Of a stretch of 50,931 nt of DNA, positions 38,705 through 47,412 are shown in pieces. The stretch's first letter is position 1; each line of letters opens with the position of its first letter. A program made the position numbers and the translations under genes. The stretch lies in contig JAQBYT010000031.1 of assembly GCA_027622665.1 (NCBI GenBank), positions 1 to 50,931 of the forward strand. The letters run 5' to 3'. This DNA comes from Verrucomicrobiota bacterium. GTDB lineage: Bacteria > Verrucomicrobiota > Verrucomicrobiia > Opitutales > Seribacteraceae. Under the pieces are notes generated by a model, which made no database searches, was not told where the DNA came from, and was given only the letters and a program-made list of their open reading frames with translations.

Positions 38705-40399
38705 TCAGCGGCCAAAGCGTGCTTGGTCCGGAATTTGCATAAGGTAAGAATCCACGATACGATCTTCTCTCTGCTCGAGTTCTCCGAGAAGGTCTCGGAA
38801 GACATTACGGGATTTCCATGCCTCGACTGCAAACTGTGCAACCGGTTGATCGTCTACAATAACAGCTCTAAGTTTGTTGCTTTGCGAGGAGGATGAAAAT
38901 TGGGTGTATTTGGATAAGAATTCATATCCGTTCCTGCTGAATGAGCGCCAACTTGTTTCATATTCACCCTTAGCATATAGAGCCGATCCTTCCTTCAAAC
39001 TTTTTTGGACGAATAGAATCGCATCGACTGTGGTTATATCCTTTTCGGGTAATTCCATTGGATCAGGGATTACGGACCCGATTGCGTGGATGAGCCCATT
39101 GAACGCTTCCGAATCGGATTCGATGATTCGGATGCCACTAATTTTTGACTTACCCTCGTCCTGAGTGAGATAAATTGGAGCCCCGTGGATTGTTCTAAGC
39201 TTATTATATGGCTTTGGGTTTTCGCTAACGTGCTTGCCGACAATCACGTGCCGTGCCAACACCCCGTAAAGTGCTTCCGTCAAGGACTTACCGTGGTTTT
39301 TGATTAGGGATTTGTACGGATCCTTCTCCCATGCTTCATTAACTGGAGCAAATATGGTGTACTGAGATCTGGATGCTGCCAATGGCAAATCTAAACCTGT
39401 CTCTTTGAGCAAGCGAGTCAATGTACTGAAACGTTCCTCGTTTTTGAGCATTTCAAGCAAGCTGTTTTCAGCCGGCAATATGACTGAATCGATCACGTGA
39501 ATGATGCCGTTCGCACAGGGTATGTCCGTTTCAATGATCTTTGCTCCGTCGATGGTGGCATGTTTGCCGTGAAGTTTATAATTCAATTGTTGGCCAAAGG
39601 CACTGAATGGGGTAACATCGGAGACACCGAGGCTACGGTGACCACCCGAAGATTTGCCGTACGCAAAAACGCTTTCCGTAATGTGATGCTTGATGATATC
39701 TTCCAACCGTTCGTCGTTTTCGGGAAGAAATAGGGATTCGAGCACTTGAGGCGGAAGTTTTTTAAACGCATCATCCGTAGGGGCAAAGGTCGTGTACAGG
39801 CTGTGCATATTTTGAAACAGCTTGCCTTGACGGCTGGCCGTGATGGCCTTGGTGAAAATGGTGAACCTGCCGTCCTTTTGGAGACGCTGGAACAAATCGT
39901 CCGTCGTTGGAGTAAGCACCGAATCAATTAAGTAAATGACCCCGTTGGAACAAGGGAACACTTTGGCTGTAAAACGGGCATCACCAATCATTCCCTTTTT
40001 GTAGTTAACAGTCAGAAACTGACTGGAAGTCATACGGAGCAAAGAATATTTTTCTATAAAAATTTGTGCTTCCGCGAGCTCTTTGACGTGAAAGCCAAAA
40101 ACTTCCTCTAGTCGGTCGTCATTACGCGGATCAAGCAATTTATCCACTGTCCCTTTAGGCAAATTCTTGAATGCTGCATCGGTGGGAGCGAAAACCGTAT
40201 AACTTGCGCTGGTATTTTCGGACAGCGTGGATCCGACCCCGGTTTTTTCGAGAAGCTGGAGAAAGCTCGATAACTCCGGCATTTCCCGGATGGTACGGCC
40301 AATGGTATTGGCTTCTGCGGGGTTCGCTGCTTGAAGGCTGAGAGTGAGAACCGAAAGGGAGACGATGATAGCAAGGGGTAATCTTCTAGGGAATTTCAT
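38705..40399 (-). CDS. Exported fasciclin protein with three FAS1 domains and a helical C-terminal domain
   Basis: Three T(V/T/I)FAP motifs with matching NG(V/I/L)I(Y/H)xI motifs; signal peptide. Confidence 0.93.
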   Translation of the reverse strand: MKFPRRLPLAIIVSLSVLTLSLQAANPAEANTIGRTIREMPELSSFLQLLEKTGVGSTLSENTSASYTVFAPTDAAFKNLPKGTVDKLLDPRNDDRLEEVFGFHVKELAEAQIFIEKYSLLRMTSSQFLTVNYKKGMIGDARFTAKVFPCSNGVIYLIDSVLTPTTDDLFQRLQKDGRFTIFTKAITASRQGKLFQNMHSLYTTFAPTDDAFKKLPPQVLESLFLPENDERLEDIIKHHITESVFAYGKSSGGHRSLGVSDVTPFSAFGQQLNYKLHGKHATIDGAKIIETDIPCANGIIHVIDSVILPAENSLLEMLKNEERFSTLTRLLKETGLDLPLAASRSQYTIFAPVNEAWEKDPYKSLIKNHGKSLTEALYGVLARHVIVGKHVSENPKPYNKLRTIHGAPIYLTQDEGKSKISGIRIIESDSEAFNGLIHAIGSVIPDPMELPEKDITTVDAILFVQKSLKEGSALYAKGEYETSWRSFSRNGYEFLSKYTQFSSSSQSNKLRAVIVDDQPVAQFAVEAWKSRNVFRDLLGELEQREDRIVDSYLMQIPDQARFGR

Positions 40400-40437
40400 A
40401 AGAAAAGGGGGAAGAATAATTTATTGAATTATGGGCT

Positions 40438-40475
40438 AAAGAAAACGCGGACTCCCTTGGATGGAAGCCCGCGTT
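40438..40475 (-). terminator. Intrinsic terminator after the short fasciclin gene
   Basis: Minus strand AACGCGGGCTTCC-ATCCAA-GGGAGTCCGCGTT then TTCTTT: 13-bp stem with two G-U pairs. Confidence 0.75.
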
Positions 40476-40495
40476 ATCAAATTGACAGAGGTGTA

Positions 40496-41242
40496 TTAGT
40501 TGGAAGAGGCGAGCACCTGGTCGAAGGCTTTTCTCATGATCCAAGCTTGGGAAGTCGGGCAGCTTTCAGCGGATGCCTTGTGCATGGCAGTCTTGATGGT
40601 CTTCGCTGCGACCGGGCAAGCTGAGGAAGAACACTGGCCTAGGACATCCTTGCCTGCTTTCATGTACAAAACTGCGGCCTGAGCGTGATGACCGGAATTG
40701 AACATTGGAACGCCCTTGTGAATGGCTTGCTTGATGATGTGGTTGGTGTTTCCGGCAACCTTTTTGGTGGCAGGGATCAAAACTGCGTCAATCACGTGTA
40801 TGATCCCGTTAGATGTCTTGATGTCGGCCTTGATTACCTTGGATTTGTTAATCATCAAGGTTTTGCCGGAGGGCTTGATGGTGATTTCGGCACCGTTGAC
40901 AGTTTTGGCGGAGTCGAGCTTGGCGGCCTTCTTCGCCTTAACTTTGCCGGAAACAACATGGTAAGTAAGGATGCTTACAAGTTTTTGCTTGTTCTCAGGT
41001 TTGAGAAGAGATTCGACCGTACCTTTGGGCAACTTGGCAAAAGCCTCGTCAGTCGGCGCAAAAACCGTGAAAGGGCCTTCGCCCTTGAGCGTGTCGACAA
41101 GGCCGGCTGCCTTTACTGCGGCGACAAGCGTCTTGAAGCTCCCTGCGGCGACGGCGGTGTCCACGATGTCTTTTTTAGGTGCTCCCGAAAGAAGGGAAGC
41201 GATCATTAATAAGGATGTTACGGATGTGATTATTTTTTTCAT
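40496..41242 (-). CDS. Exported fasciclin (single FAS1, MPB70-like) protein with helical C-terminal domain
   Basis: [53 protein letters not shown]. Confidence 0.96.
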   Translation of the reverse strand: MKKIITSVTSLLMIASLLSGAPKKDIVDTAVAAGSFKTLVAAVKAAGLVDTLKGEGPFTVFAPTDEAFAKLPKGTVESLLKPENKQKLVSILTYHVVSGKVKAKKAAKLDSAKTVNGAEITIKPSGKTLMINKSKVIKADIKTSNGIIHVIDAVLIPATKKVAGNTNHIIKQAIHKGVPMFNSGHHAQAAVLYMKAGKDVLGQCSSSACPVAAKTIKTAMHKASAESCPTSQAWIMRKAFDQVLASSN

Positions 41243-41299
41243 TATGTTTTTAGTTAGTCGTTAAGGCATTAGAAGATTATTAAATTCTATAATTAAGGT

Positions 41300-41326
41300 A
41301 TTCGTGTGAAATTGACTTTTGGATTC
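41300..41326 (-). promoter_or_regulatory. SigK-type ECF promoter upstream of the fasciclin genes
   Basis: Minus strand GAATCC-N15-ACGAAT after a T-tract; resembles the mycobacterial SigK consensus as I recall it (CCATCC-N15-CCGAAT). Confidence 0.65.
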
Positions 41327-41620
41327 AAAAAAAAAGGTTTTCGCAGCAAAATTAAGCAGGGTAGCCAAGCCACATCATTAATAGGGTGTTTCAACAGACC
41401 TAGGATTCTTCCAATAAAGAATCAAACGGACGTGTGGACAATGGAGTGTGTTTAAACGAGCAATAGCTTTAATAAGCTCTTGGATCGTTGCTTCCTTCCA
41501 TTCCTTCAATTTTGCATCCAGCCTTTTGACAGGTTCGACGTAGGGGGAGGATCTATTTAGCTCCCGTCATCCGATACTCCAAATCGAACCGACTGGAGGG
41601 ATGAGCCTGCGAGTCCGTTT

Positions 41621-42125
41621 TCAGTGAAAGCGAAAGGAATAGAGATCACACTCGTTCATCACGAAACGCATCCGCACGGGGCGCCCGGCGAGGGAAGCCA
41701 GCTTGGCGTTGCCTTTCCATTGAACTTAGAGATCGATGCCGTCTCCGTAGACGGGCCGCAATCTTTCAGGGAGAACCCTGGAGTCGCCTTTACGTCCTCG
41801 GTCTGCAACTCCACGCGCAGGCCTCCAACGGCGCTTGTGCTGAGATTCAATTCAAGTTGTTTTCCGGCGAAGATCAGGGGCTTCGTCAGGACTTCGGCTT
41901 TCGTCGCGCCGGCGTTGATCGAATGAAGCCGTCCGTTCGCAGGACGTAGCGGTCGCCGCTGGGGTGGTAGATCGAGAGTTTCTTGGGGCCGCTTTGAATG
42001 ACGTTCTGGGCGACGTAGTTTGAGCGGTTTTTCCAACGTTCCGGATCCATGCCTGGGTGCATGAAGGCGTGCGTGAAGCTTCGATCGTATTTCTCGGAGC
42101 CGGCACGCGTGGTCATGAACAGAAT
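41621..42125 (-). pseudogene. C-terminal remnant of a PVC-type hypothetical protein (possibly glycoside-hydrolase/beta-propeller type)
   Basis: ILFMTTR...RYVLRTDGF / SINAG..LTKPLIFAGKQLELN..GFSLKDC / YGDGIDL*VQW..LAGRPVRMRF..DLYSFRFH*: two frameshifts, one TAA, and a 5' end cut at the repeat at 42125. Confidence 0.75.
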
Positions 42126-42194
42126 GAACCCCCTTCATCCCCAAGTCTGATCGCGCCTTGGGCGCGGGAGGGCAGAAAGGCAATTTCTATCAGT
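42125..42194 (+). repeat. 70-bp direct repeat copy 1 with internal GC hairpin
   Basis: 63/70 identical to 42296-42364; hairpin CGCGCC-TTG-GGCGCG. Confidence 0.92.
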
Positions 42195-42295
42195 ATCGGA
42201 GCCTGAAGCCCACGACCTGCCCTAAAACGCTTGCACGGAAGGCAAAAAAAATCTCAACTGGGCTCATGAAAGGGAGAAAACCCCCTTCTTCCCCC

Positions 42296-42364
42296 TGAAC
42301 CCCCTTCATCCCCATTCTGATCGCGCCATCGGTGCGGGAGGGCAGAAAGGAAATTCCTATCAGT
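42296..42364 (+). repeat. 69-bp direct repeat copy 2 with internal GC hairpin
   Basis: Matches 42125-42194; hairpin CGCGCC-ATC-GGTGCG with one G-U pair. Confidence 0.92.
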
Positions 42365-42366
42365 CT

Positions 42367-42400
42367 TAGCGTAATTGTGAAAATGACAGAAACCGACCGC
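42367..42400 (+). repeat. Leader/start-codon repeat copy 1
   Basis: TAGCGTAATTGtgAAAATGACAgaaACCgaCCGC versus 46687-46718 TAGCGTAATTG--AAAATGACAaccACCagCCGC (27/34). Confidence 0.65.
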
Positions 42401-43879
42401 ACCCACAGACAATCGACTCTGAGATCCGTGCCTCATCCGAAATTACGCAACCGACGCTCGTTCCTCGGTAATCTGACCACTTCGGCGGGTGGTATAGCGT
42501 TGGCCCAGTTGCTGGCTCGTGATGGGTTGTTGGCGGCGGAGAAAAAACCGCCGATTCGGCCCCTGATCGACCCATCACGGCCTTACGCCTCTCGTAAGCC
42601 TCATCATCTGGCGCAGGCGGACCAGGTGCTGATCATTTTTTGCGCGGGAGCGGTGAGTCACCTTGATACCTGGGACTACAAGCCGGAGCTCTACAAGCAT
42701 CACGGCCAGACTCCACCTAACGCGCCAAAGGTGACGTTCGAGGGCCCGATCGGAAAAATGGCGCAACCGTTCTGGGACTTCAAACCGCGGGGGCAGAGCG
42801 GCAAGATGATCTCCGATCTCGTGCCCAATCTCGCGGAGCTGGCCGATGACATGTGCTTCATCCATTCGCTTACCGCGAAGAACAGCGCCCATACCCAGGC
42901 GGAGAATTTTCTCTCGACCGGGTTCACGTTTGAAGGTTACCCGAGCCTAGGTGCCTGGACGACGTATGCCCTGGGTACGCTGAACGAGGACCTGCCCGCG
43001 TTTGTCGCGATAGCCGACCCGCGCGGGCGTTCGCAGGCCGGCCCCAACAACTGGGGCAACGGGTTTCTCCCGGCGGCCTTCCAGGGCACTGCCTTTAGCG
43101 CGGATGAACCGCCGAAGAACCTCCACGCCGAGGCTCGCGAGAGCGCCAACCTAGCCACGGTCGATCTGCTCGCAAAACTCAACGAACGCCACCGGGCGGA
43201 GTTTCCCGGCGACACCGAGCTTGCCGCGCGGATCAGCAGTTACGAGCTGGCGGGCCGGATGCAGACGTCGATCCCCGATCTCATGGACCTGTCCGGCGAG
43301 CGTCCCGCCACCCTGGAGGAATACGGCGTGACCTCGCCGAACGAGATCAAGGCGGCCTACGCCCGCAACTGTCTGATGGCGCGTCGGCTTCTCGAAAAAG
43401 GCGTTCGGGTGGTGCAGTTGTTCAACGGAGCCTTCGCCAGTGGAGGCACGAAAAACTGGGACAGCCACAAGGAAATTTTCAAGAGCCATGGAACCCACGC
43501 GGAGATTCTCGATCAACCGACCGCAGCGTTGCTACGCGATCTGAAGCAGCGCGGACAGCTCGATCGCACCCTGGTCGTCTGGTGCACCGAATTCGGCCGC
43601 CTGCCCTTCATGCAGGCCAACGGAACGGGCCGGGACCACAACATCGACGGCTTCACCTGCTGGCTGATGGGCGCGGGCGTGAAGCCGGGCTTCAGCTACG
43701 GCAGCACCGACGAACTAGGCTGGCATGCCACGGAGAACAAAGCGACGCACTATGATTTCAACGCCACGATCCTGCATCTGTTAGGGCTGGATCACGAACG
43801 GCTGACGTATTACTTCAATGGCAACGAACGCCGCCTAACCGATGTCCATGGGCATGTGCTAACTGACCTCCTGATATGA
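42383..43879 (+). CDS. DUF1501 family protein, Tat-exported
   Basis: NRRSFL; GAVSHLDTWDYKP; YELAGRMQ; ARRLLEKGVR; WDSH; TEFGR; GRDHN; RRLTDVHG. Start ATG 42383 or GTG 42428. Confidence 0.93.
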   Translation: MTETDRTHRQSTLRSVPHPKLRNRRSFLGNLTTSAGGIALAQLLARDGLLAAEKKPPIRPLIDPSRPYASRKPHHLAQADQVLIIFCAGAVSHLDTWDYKPELYKHHGQTPPNAPKVTFEGPIGKMAQPFWDFKPRGQSGKMISDLVPNLAELADDMCFIHSLTAKNSAHTQAENFLSTGFTFEGYPSLGAWTTYALGTLNEDLPAFVAIADPRGRSQAGPNNWGNGFLPAAFQGTAFSADEPPKNLHAEARESANLATVDLLAKLNERHRAEFPGDTELAARISSYELAGRMQTSIPDLMDLSGERPATLEEYGVTSPNEIKAAYARNCLMARRLLEKGVRVVQLFNGAFASGGTKNWDSHKEIFKSHGTHAEILDQPTAALLRDLKQRGQLDRTLVVWCTEFGRLPFMQANGTGRDHNIDGFTCWLMGAGVKPGFSYGSTDELGWHATENKATHYDFNATILHLLGLDHERLTYYFNGNERRLTDVHGHVLTDLLI

Positions 43880-46596
43880 GAGTTTTTACCGCGTTTTTCA
43901 TTGGTCTCGCCCTAATAATTGGCAACTTGGTCGCAGCGGAACCCGACTCGTTCGAGAAAGAAGTCCTTCCCATCCTCGAAACGCACTGTTTCGAATGCCA
44001 CGGCCCGGAGAAGCAAAAATCCGGTCTGCGGCTCGATTCCCGCGCTGGCATGTTGGCCGGTGGAGACTTCGGTCCGGCTACTGTCCCTGGCGATGCGGCG
44101 AAGAGTTTTCTCCTCGAAGTGATCACCACGGATGACACCGATCTTCAGATGCCGCCGAAGGGGAAACGTCTGTCGTCGAAGCAGGTGGAAATCCTCACGA
44201 ACTGGATCGCCAAGGGCGCGATCTGGCCCGGTCAGATGGATGCCGTCGCCCGTCAGCGGAACGAAACGAGCGATCACTGGTCGTTCCAACCGCTGCGCAC
44301 GGATTTCGCCCACGATTCCATTGATGGATTCATCCACGCCAGACTGGTAAAAGAGGGGCTTCGTCCTTCGCCCGAGGCCGATCGCCGAGCACTGATCCGA
44401 CGTGCCACGCTTGATCTCAACGGTTTGCCTCCGACGCCGGAGGAAATCGACGCCTTTCTCGCTGACAAGTCGGAGACCGCCTGCCAAAGCGTCGTCGATC
44501 GCTTGCTGGATTCGCCAGCCTATGGTGACCGTTGGGCGCAGCATTGGCTGGACGTGATCCGCTACGCCGACAGCCGTGGCTACGAATTCAACTCGCTGCG
44601 CGGCGATACCTGGCCCTATCGCGACTGGGTGGTGTCGGCCTTCAACCAAGACCTGCCGTGGGACCGGTTCCTGTTTCAACAGATCGCCGGAGACACCGTC
44701 GGCGTCGGTCCCGCGACTGGTTTTCTGGTTACTGCCCCCCTGCCGACGCCGCCTGAAGTCGGGAAGGAAATGGCCCAGATTCGCCAGGCTCGATTCAATG
44801 CGCTGGACGAAATCGTGCAGAACGTCGGGGCGTCCATACTCGGCCTGACCGTTGGTTGCGCCCGCTGTCACGAACACAAGTTCGATCCGATTTCGGCGCG
44901 CGATTACTACCGCGTAGTGTCGGTGTTCAGCGGCGTTCAATATGACAAACGCCCCTGGCGCGACGGCAAGGACGCCGAGCGTCGGGAAAAGGTCGCGGCG
45001 CTCGATGCGCGGCTCGCGGGTGTCGAGGCGGAACTGGAAACGCTTCCGACTTCGAGCACGGTCGACGCAGGTCGTTACACCGACCTGTTCGAAGCCGTCG
45101 AAGCCCGCTGGGTGCGGCTCAGTATCGAAGAAACGGACGCCACGCGCGAAGGCCCCGCTTTTGACGAAATCGAGATTTTCTCCGCTGACGAGGACACCAA
45201 CATCGCACTCGCCAGTCGCGAAGCCATCGCCAGTTCCTCTGGCGCAGCCAAGCAACTGGGCTGTCGCGACGACATGCTCAATGATGGTAAATTTGGCAAA
45301 GAATCGGTCTGGATCGCCGACCGGCGTCCTCCCGCCTGGGTGCAGATTCAACTGCCCAAACCTACGCGGATCGACCGGCTCATCTGGAGTCGCGATCGCG
45401 CCCTCGCGGTATCTGATCCTGACAAACACGCAAAACGACTTACTTCAGCTTGGCGCATCGAGGTCGCTGTGACCGAAGGAAGATGGCAATCCATCGTTCC
45501 GCAATTGCAGGGCGAAACCGTGACCGAAGCCCAAAAGCAACGTCGACACGAGCTCGAGGCCCGGCGCGATCAACTCCGCCAACAACGCAAAACGGCAAGC
45601 ACGGCCCCGCAGATCTTCGCGGGCAAATTCGTCAAGCCCGAACCCATCCACCTCTTGATGCGAGGCGACCCGGGTCAACCGCGCGATCGTGTTGGTCCCG
45701 GCGCGTTGCAGATTCTCAAAGGCTTCGAACTGGCTCCCGATACCGCCTCGGAAAGCGAACGCCGCGCCACCTTCGCCAAGTGGCTGACTGACGAAGCTGC
45801 TCACCTCACTGCTCGCGTCGCGGTAAACCGCATCTGGCATCATCATTTCGGCGCGGGCCTGGTCGATACGCCGAACGACTTCGGCATCATGGGCAGCCGG
45901 CCGACTCATCCCGAGTTGCTCGATTGGCTGGCCGCGGAGTTTATCGCCAGTGGTTGGAGCGTGAAGGAACTCCAGCGGCGCATCCTCTCCAGCGAAACCT
46001 ACCGTCAAAGCTCCTCTTCTCGGGGGCAGTCTGAAGCGATGCGCGCCGATGCCGATTCGCGTCTCCTTTGGTGTTTTCCGCCGAGGCGACTCGATGCGGA
46101 AACCATCCGTGATTCCATGCTCAGCATCTCCGGCAACCTCGACCCGCAGCGCGGTGGCGAAGGGGTCAATATTTTCACTCGCGAAGGCCAGTTCGACCAA
46201 TGGAAACTACTTGCCGATCCCCCATATGGAGCGAATCGGCGCATGATCTACCTCACCCGGATTCGCGGTGTCGATGATGGGATGTTCAAGACCTTCGACC
46301 TTCCTGAATGCGGCCAGGTTAAAGACAAGCGCACCGAATCGACCACGCCGTTGCAGGCGCTCAACCTGCTGAACGGGCCATTCAGCCTCAAGCAATCGAC
46401 AGCCTTGGCCGAGCGAATCGAGGCCGAAGTAGGGGCGAGTCTAACTGCGCAGGTGATTCGAGTGTTTGAACGGATTCTCGGTCGGGCACCGACGGATGAG
46501 GAATTGAGGCTTTGTCAGGCTACCGCGGAGGCTGAGGGATTGGAGACGGTGTGCCGGGCGTTGTTTAATTCGAATGAGTTTTTGTTTCTGCCGTGA
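43876..46596 (+). CDS. PSCyt1 + DUF1549 + discoidin(F5/8C)-like insert + DUF1553 two-heme protein
   Basis: CFECH..QMPP; HWSFQP; YGDRWAQHWLDVIRYADS; GCARCHEHKFDPI; ARVAVNRIWHHHFGAG; PTHPELLDWLA; TPLQALNLLN; LFNSNEF. ATGA-coupled to the DUF1501 gene. Confidence 0.93.
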   Translation: MRVFTAFFIGLALIIGNLVAAEPDSFEKEVLPILETHCFECHGPEKQKSGLRLDSRAGMLAGGDFGPATVPGDAAKSFLLEVITTDDTDLQMPPKGKRLSSKQVEILTNWIAKGAIWPGQMDAVARQRNETSDHWSFQPLRTDFAHDSIDGFIHARLVKEGLRPSPEADRRALIRRATLDLNGLPPTPEEIDAFLADKSETACQSVVDRLLDSPAYGDRWAQHWLDVIRYADSRGYEFNSLRGDTWPYRDWVVSAFNQDLPWDRFLFQQIAGDTVGVGPATGFLVTAPLPTPPEVGKEMAQIRQARFNALDEIVQNVGASILGLTVGCARCHEHKFDPISARDYYRVVSVFSGVQYDKRPWRDGKDAERREKVAALDARLAGVEAELETLPTSSTVDAGRYTDLFEAVEARWVRLSIEETDATREGPAFDEIEIFSADEDTNIALASREAIASSSGAAKQLGCRDDMLNDGKFGKESVWIADRRPPAWVQIQLPKPTRIDRLIWSRDRALAVSDPDKHAKRLTSAWRIEVAVTEGRWQSIVPQLQGETVTEAQKQRRHELEARRDQLRQQRKTASTAPQIFAGKFVKPEPIHLLMRGDPGQPRDRVGPGALQILKGFELAPDTASESERRATFAKWLTDEAAHLTARVAVNRIWHHHFGAGLVDTPNDFGIMGSRPTHPELLDWLAAEFIASGWSVKELQRRILSSETYRQSSSSRGQSEAMRADADSRLLWCFPPRRLDAETIRDSMLSISGNLDPQRGGEGVNIFTREGQFDQWKLLADPPYGANRRMIYLTRIRGVDDGMFKTFDLPECGQVKDKRTESTTPLQALNLLNGPFSLKQSTALAERIEAEVGASLTAQVIRVFERILGRAPTDEELRLCQATAEAEGLETVCRALFNSNEFLFLP

Positions 46597-46686
46597 GGTG
46601 ACCAACGCGACAGAGCATGTCACTGTTTTTCGTGACACGACGAAGTCGAAATCGACCCAATAGTGATCATGTGATTCGACAAGTTC

Positions 46687-46718
46687 TAGCGTAATTGAAA
46701 ATGACAACCACCAGCCGC
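46687..46718 (+). repeat. Leader/start-codon repeat copy 2
   Basis: Matches 42367-42400 (27/34, one 2-nt gap). Confidence 0.65.
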
Positions 46719-46739
46719 CGAAACTTTCTCCGAGGCACC
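46701..46739 (+). pseudogene. 5' stub of a Tat-signal gene (DUF1552/DUF1501-like leader)
   Basis: MTTTSRRNFLRGT, then runs directly into the antisense of a sulfatase fragment. Confidence 0.6.
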
Positions 46740-46937
46740 AGTGAAGAGCATGGACTGCTTGGCCAGCTTGTCCATGTGGGGCGTCTCGTAGTATTTCGAG
46801 CCATAGATTCCACAATCCATCCAGCCCATGTCGTCGACGAGGAAAAGCACGACGTTGGGCTTGTCCGCCTTTTTCCCATGCAATGCCGAGAGAAAGCCGA
46901 CGGAACAAAGAAGGAGGGTGCTGAAAACGTTATGCAT
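46740..46937 (-). pseudogene. 5' stub of a sulfatase gene
   Basis: MHNVFSTLLL signal peptide; KPNVVLFLVDDMGWMD..YYETPHMDKLAKQSMLFT; cut just before the CxPxR signature. Confidence 0.88.
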
Positions 46938-47062
46938 GGGTTTGGTTTGAATTAAGGAAAAGATTCCGTAGATAAAAGCGTACGATATTTTTTTACGATT
47001 CGAAAACAGCATGGAAAGTCTCAGTCGAGCTGAGGTGGTTCAAATCGAAATTTTCACTACCT

Positions 47063-47407
47063 CTACTTACACCCTGCCGACGACGGGGTCAGTTCTCCGT
47101 CTCGCAGCAACGGCTCTCCGCAATTATAGAGGCCGTTCGCCGGATCGGCAAAGTGGAAGAGCTTCGGGGTGTATGCGATGAAATAGCTCCTTCTCGGAGC
47201 TTCCATGGTGTTGGGCCCGCTCTTTGTGGAGCAAAAGACTGGAGAATGCCACCAGTGTCCCTGCCGGGACTTCGGCGAGGTCACCCGCGTTGTCGCCGTG
47301 GTAACCAACCCGATCTCGGCGATGCCCCCATGGCAGTCATCCTCACGAAGCGCACCGTGTGCGGCGACCGGCTCCGATCTGGTGGCCGCTTTGGAAATGG
47401 GTGTCAT
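47063..47407 (-). pseudogene. Remnant of a PhyH-type Fe(II)/2-oxoglutarate dioxygenase C-terminus
   Basis: AEVPAGTLVAFSSLLLHK in one frame joins SGPNTMEAPRRSYFIAY in the next (HxSGxN...RR pattern); N-terminal HxD region absent. Confidence 0.65.
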
Positions 47408-47412
47408 CGCCC

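Noticed and set aside
41480..41540. Possible further sulfatase C-terminal remnant (VKRLDAKLKEWKEAT, minus strand)
   Set aside because: Too short and generic an amphipathic helix to call without a search.
42125..42364. Hammerhead ribozyme or CRISPR repeat
   Set aside because: It has CTGATCG rather than CTGANGA, and GAAA does not follow the stem directly. There are only two long copies, a 101-bp gap and no cas genes.
54..45429. Long antisense ORFs (e.g. 54-887, 2065-3489, 3843-5087, 14510-15823, 43912-45429)
   Set aside because: They mirror well-supported genes on the opposite strand in GC-rich DNA and show no recognisable motifs.
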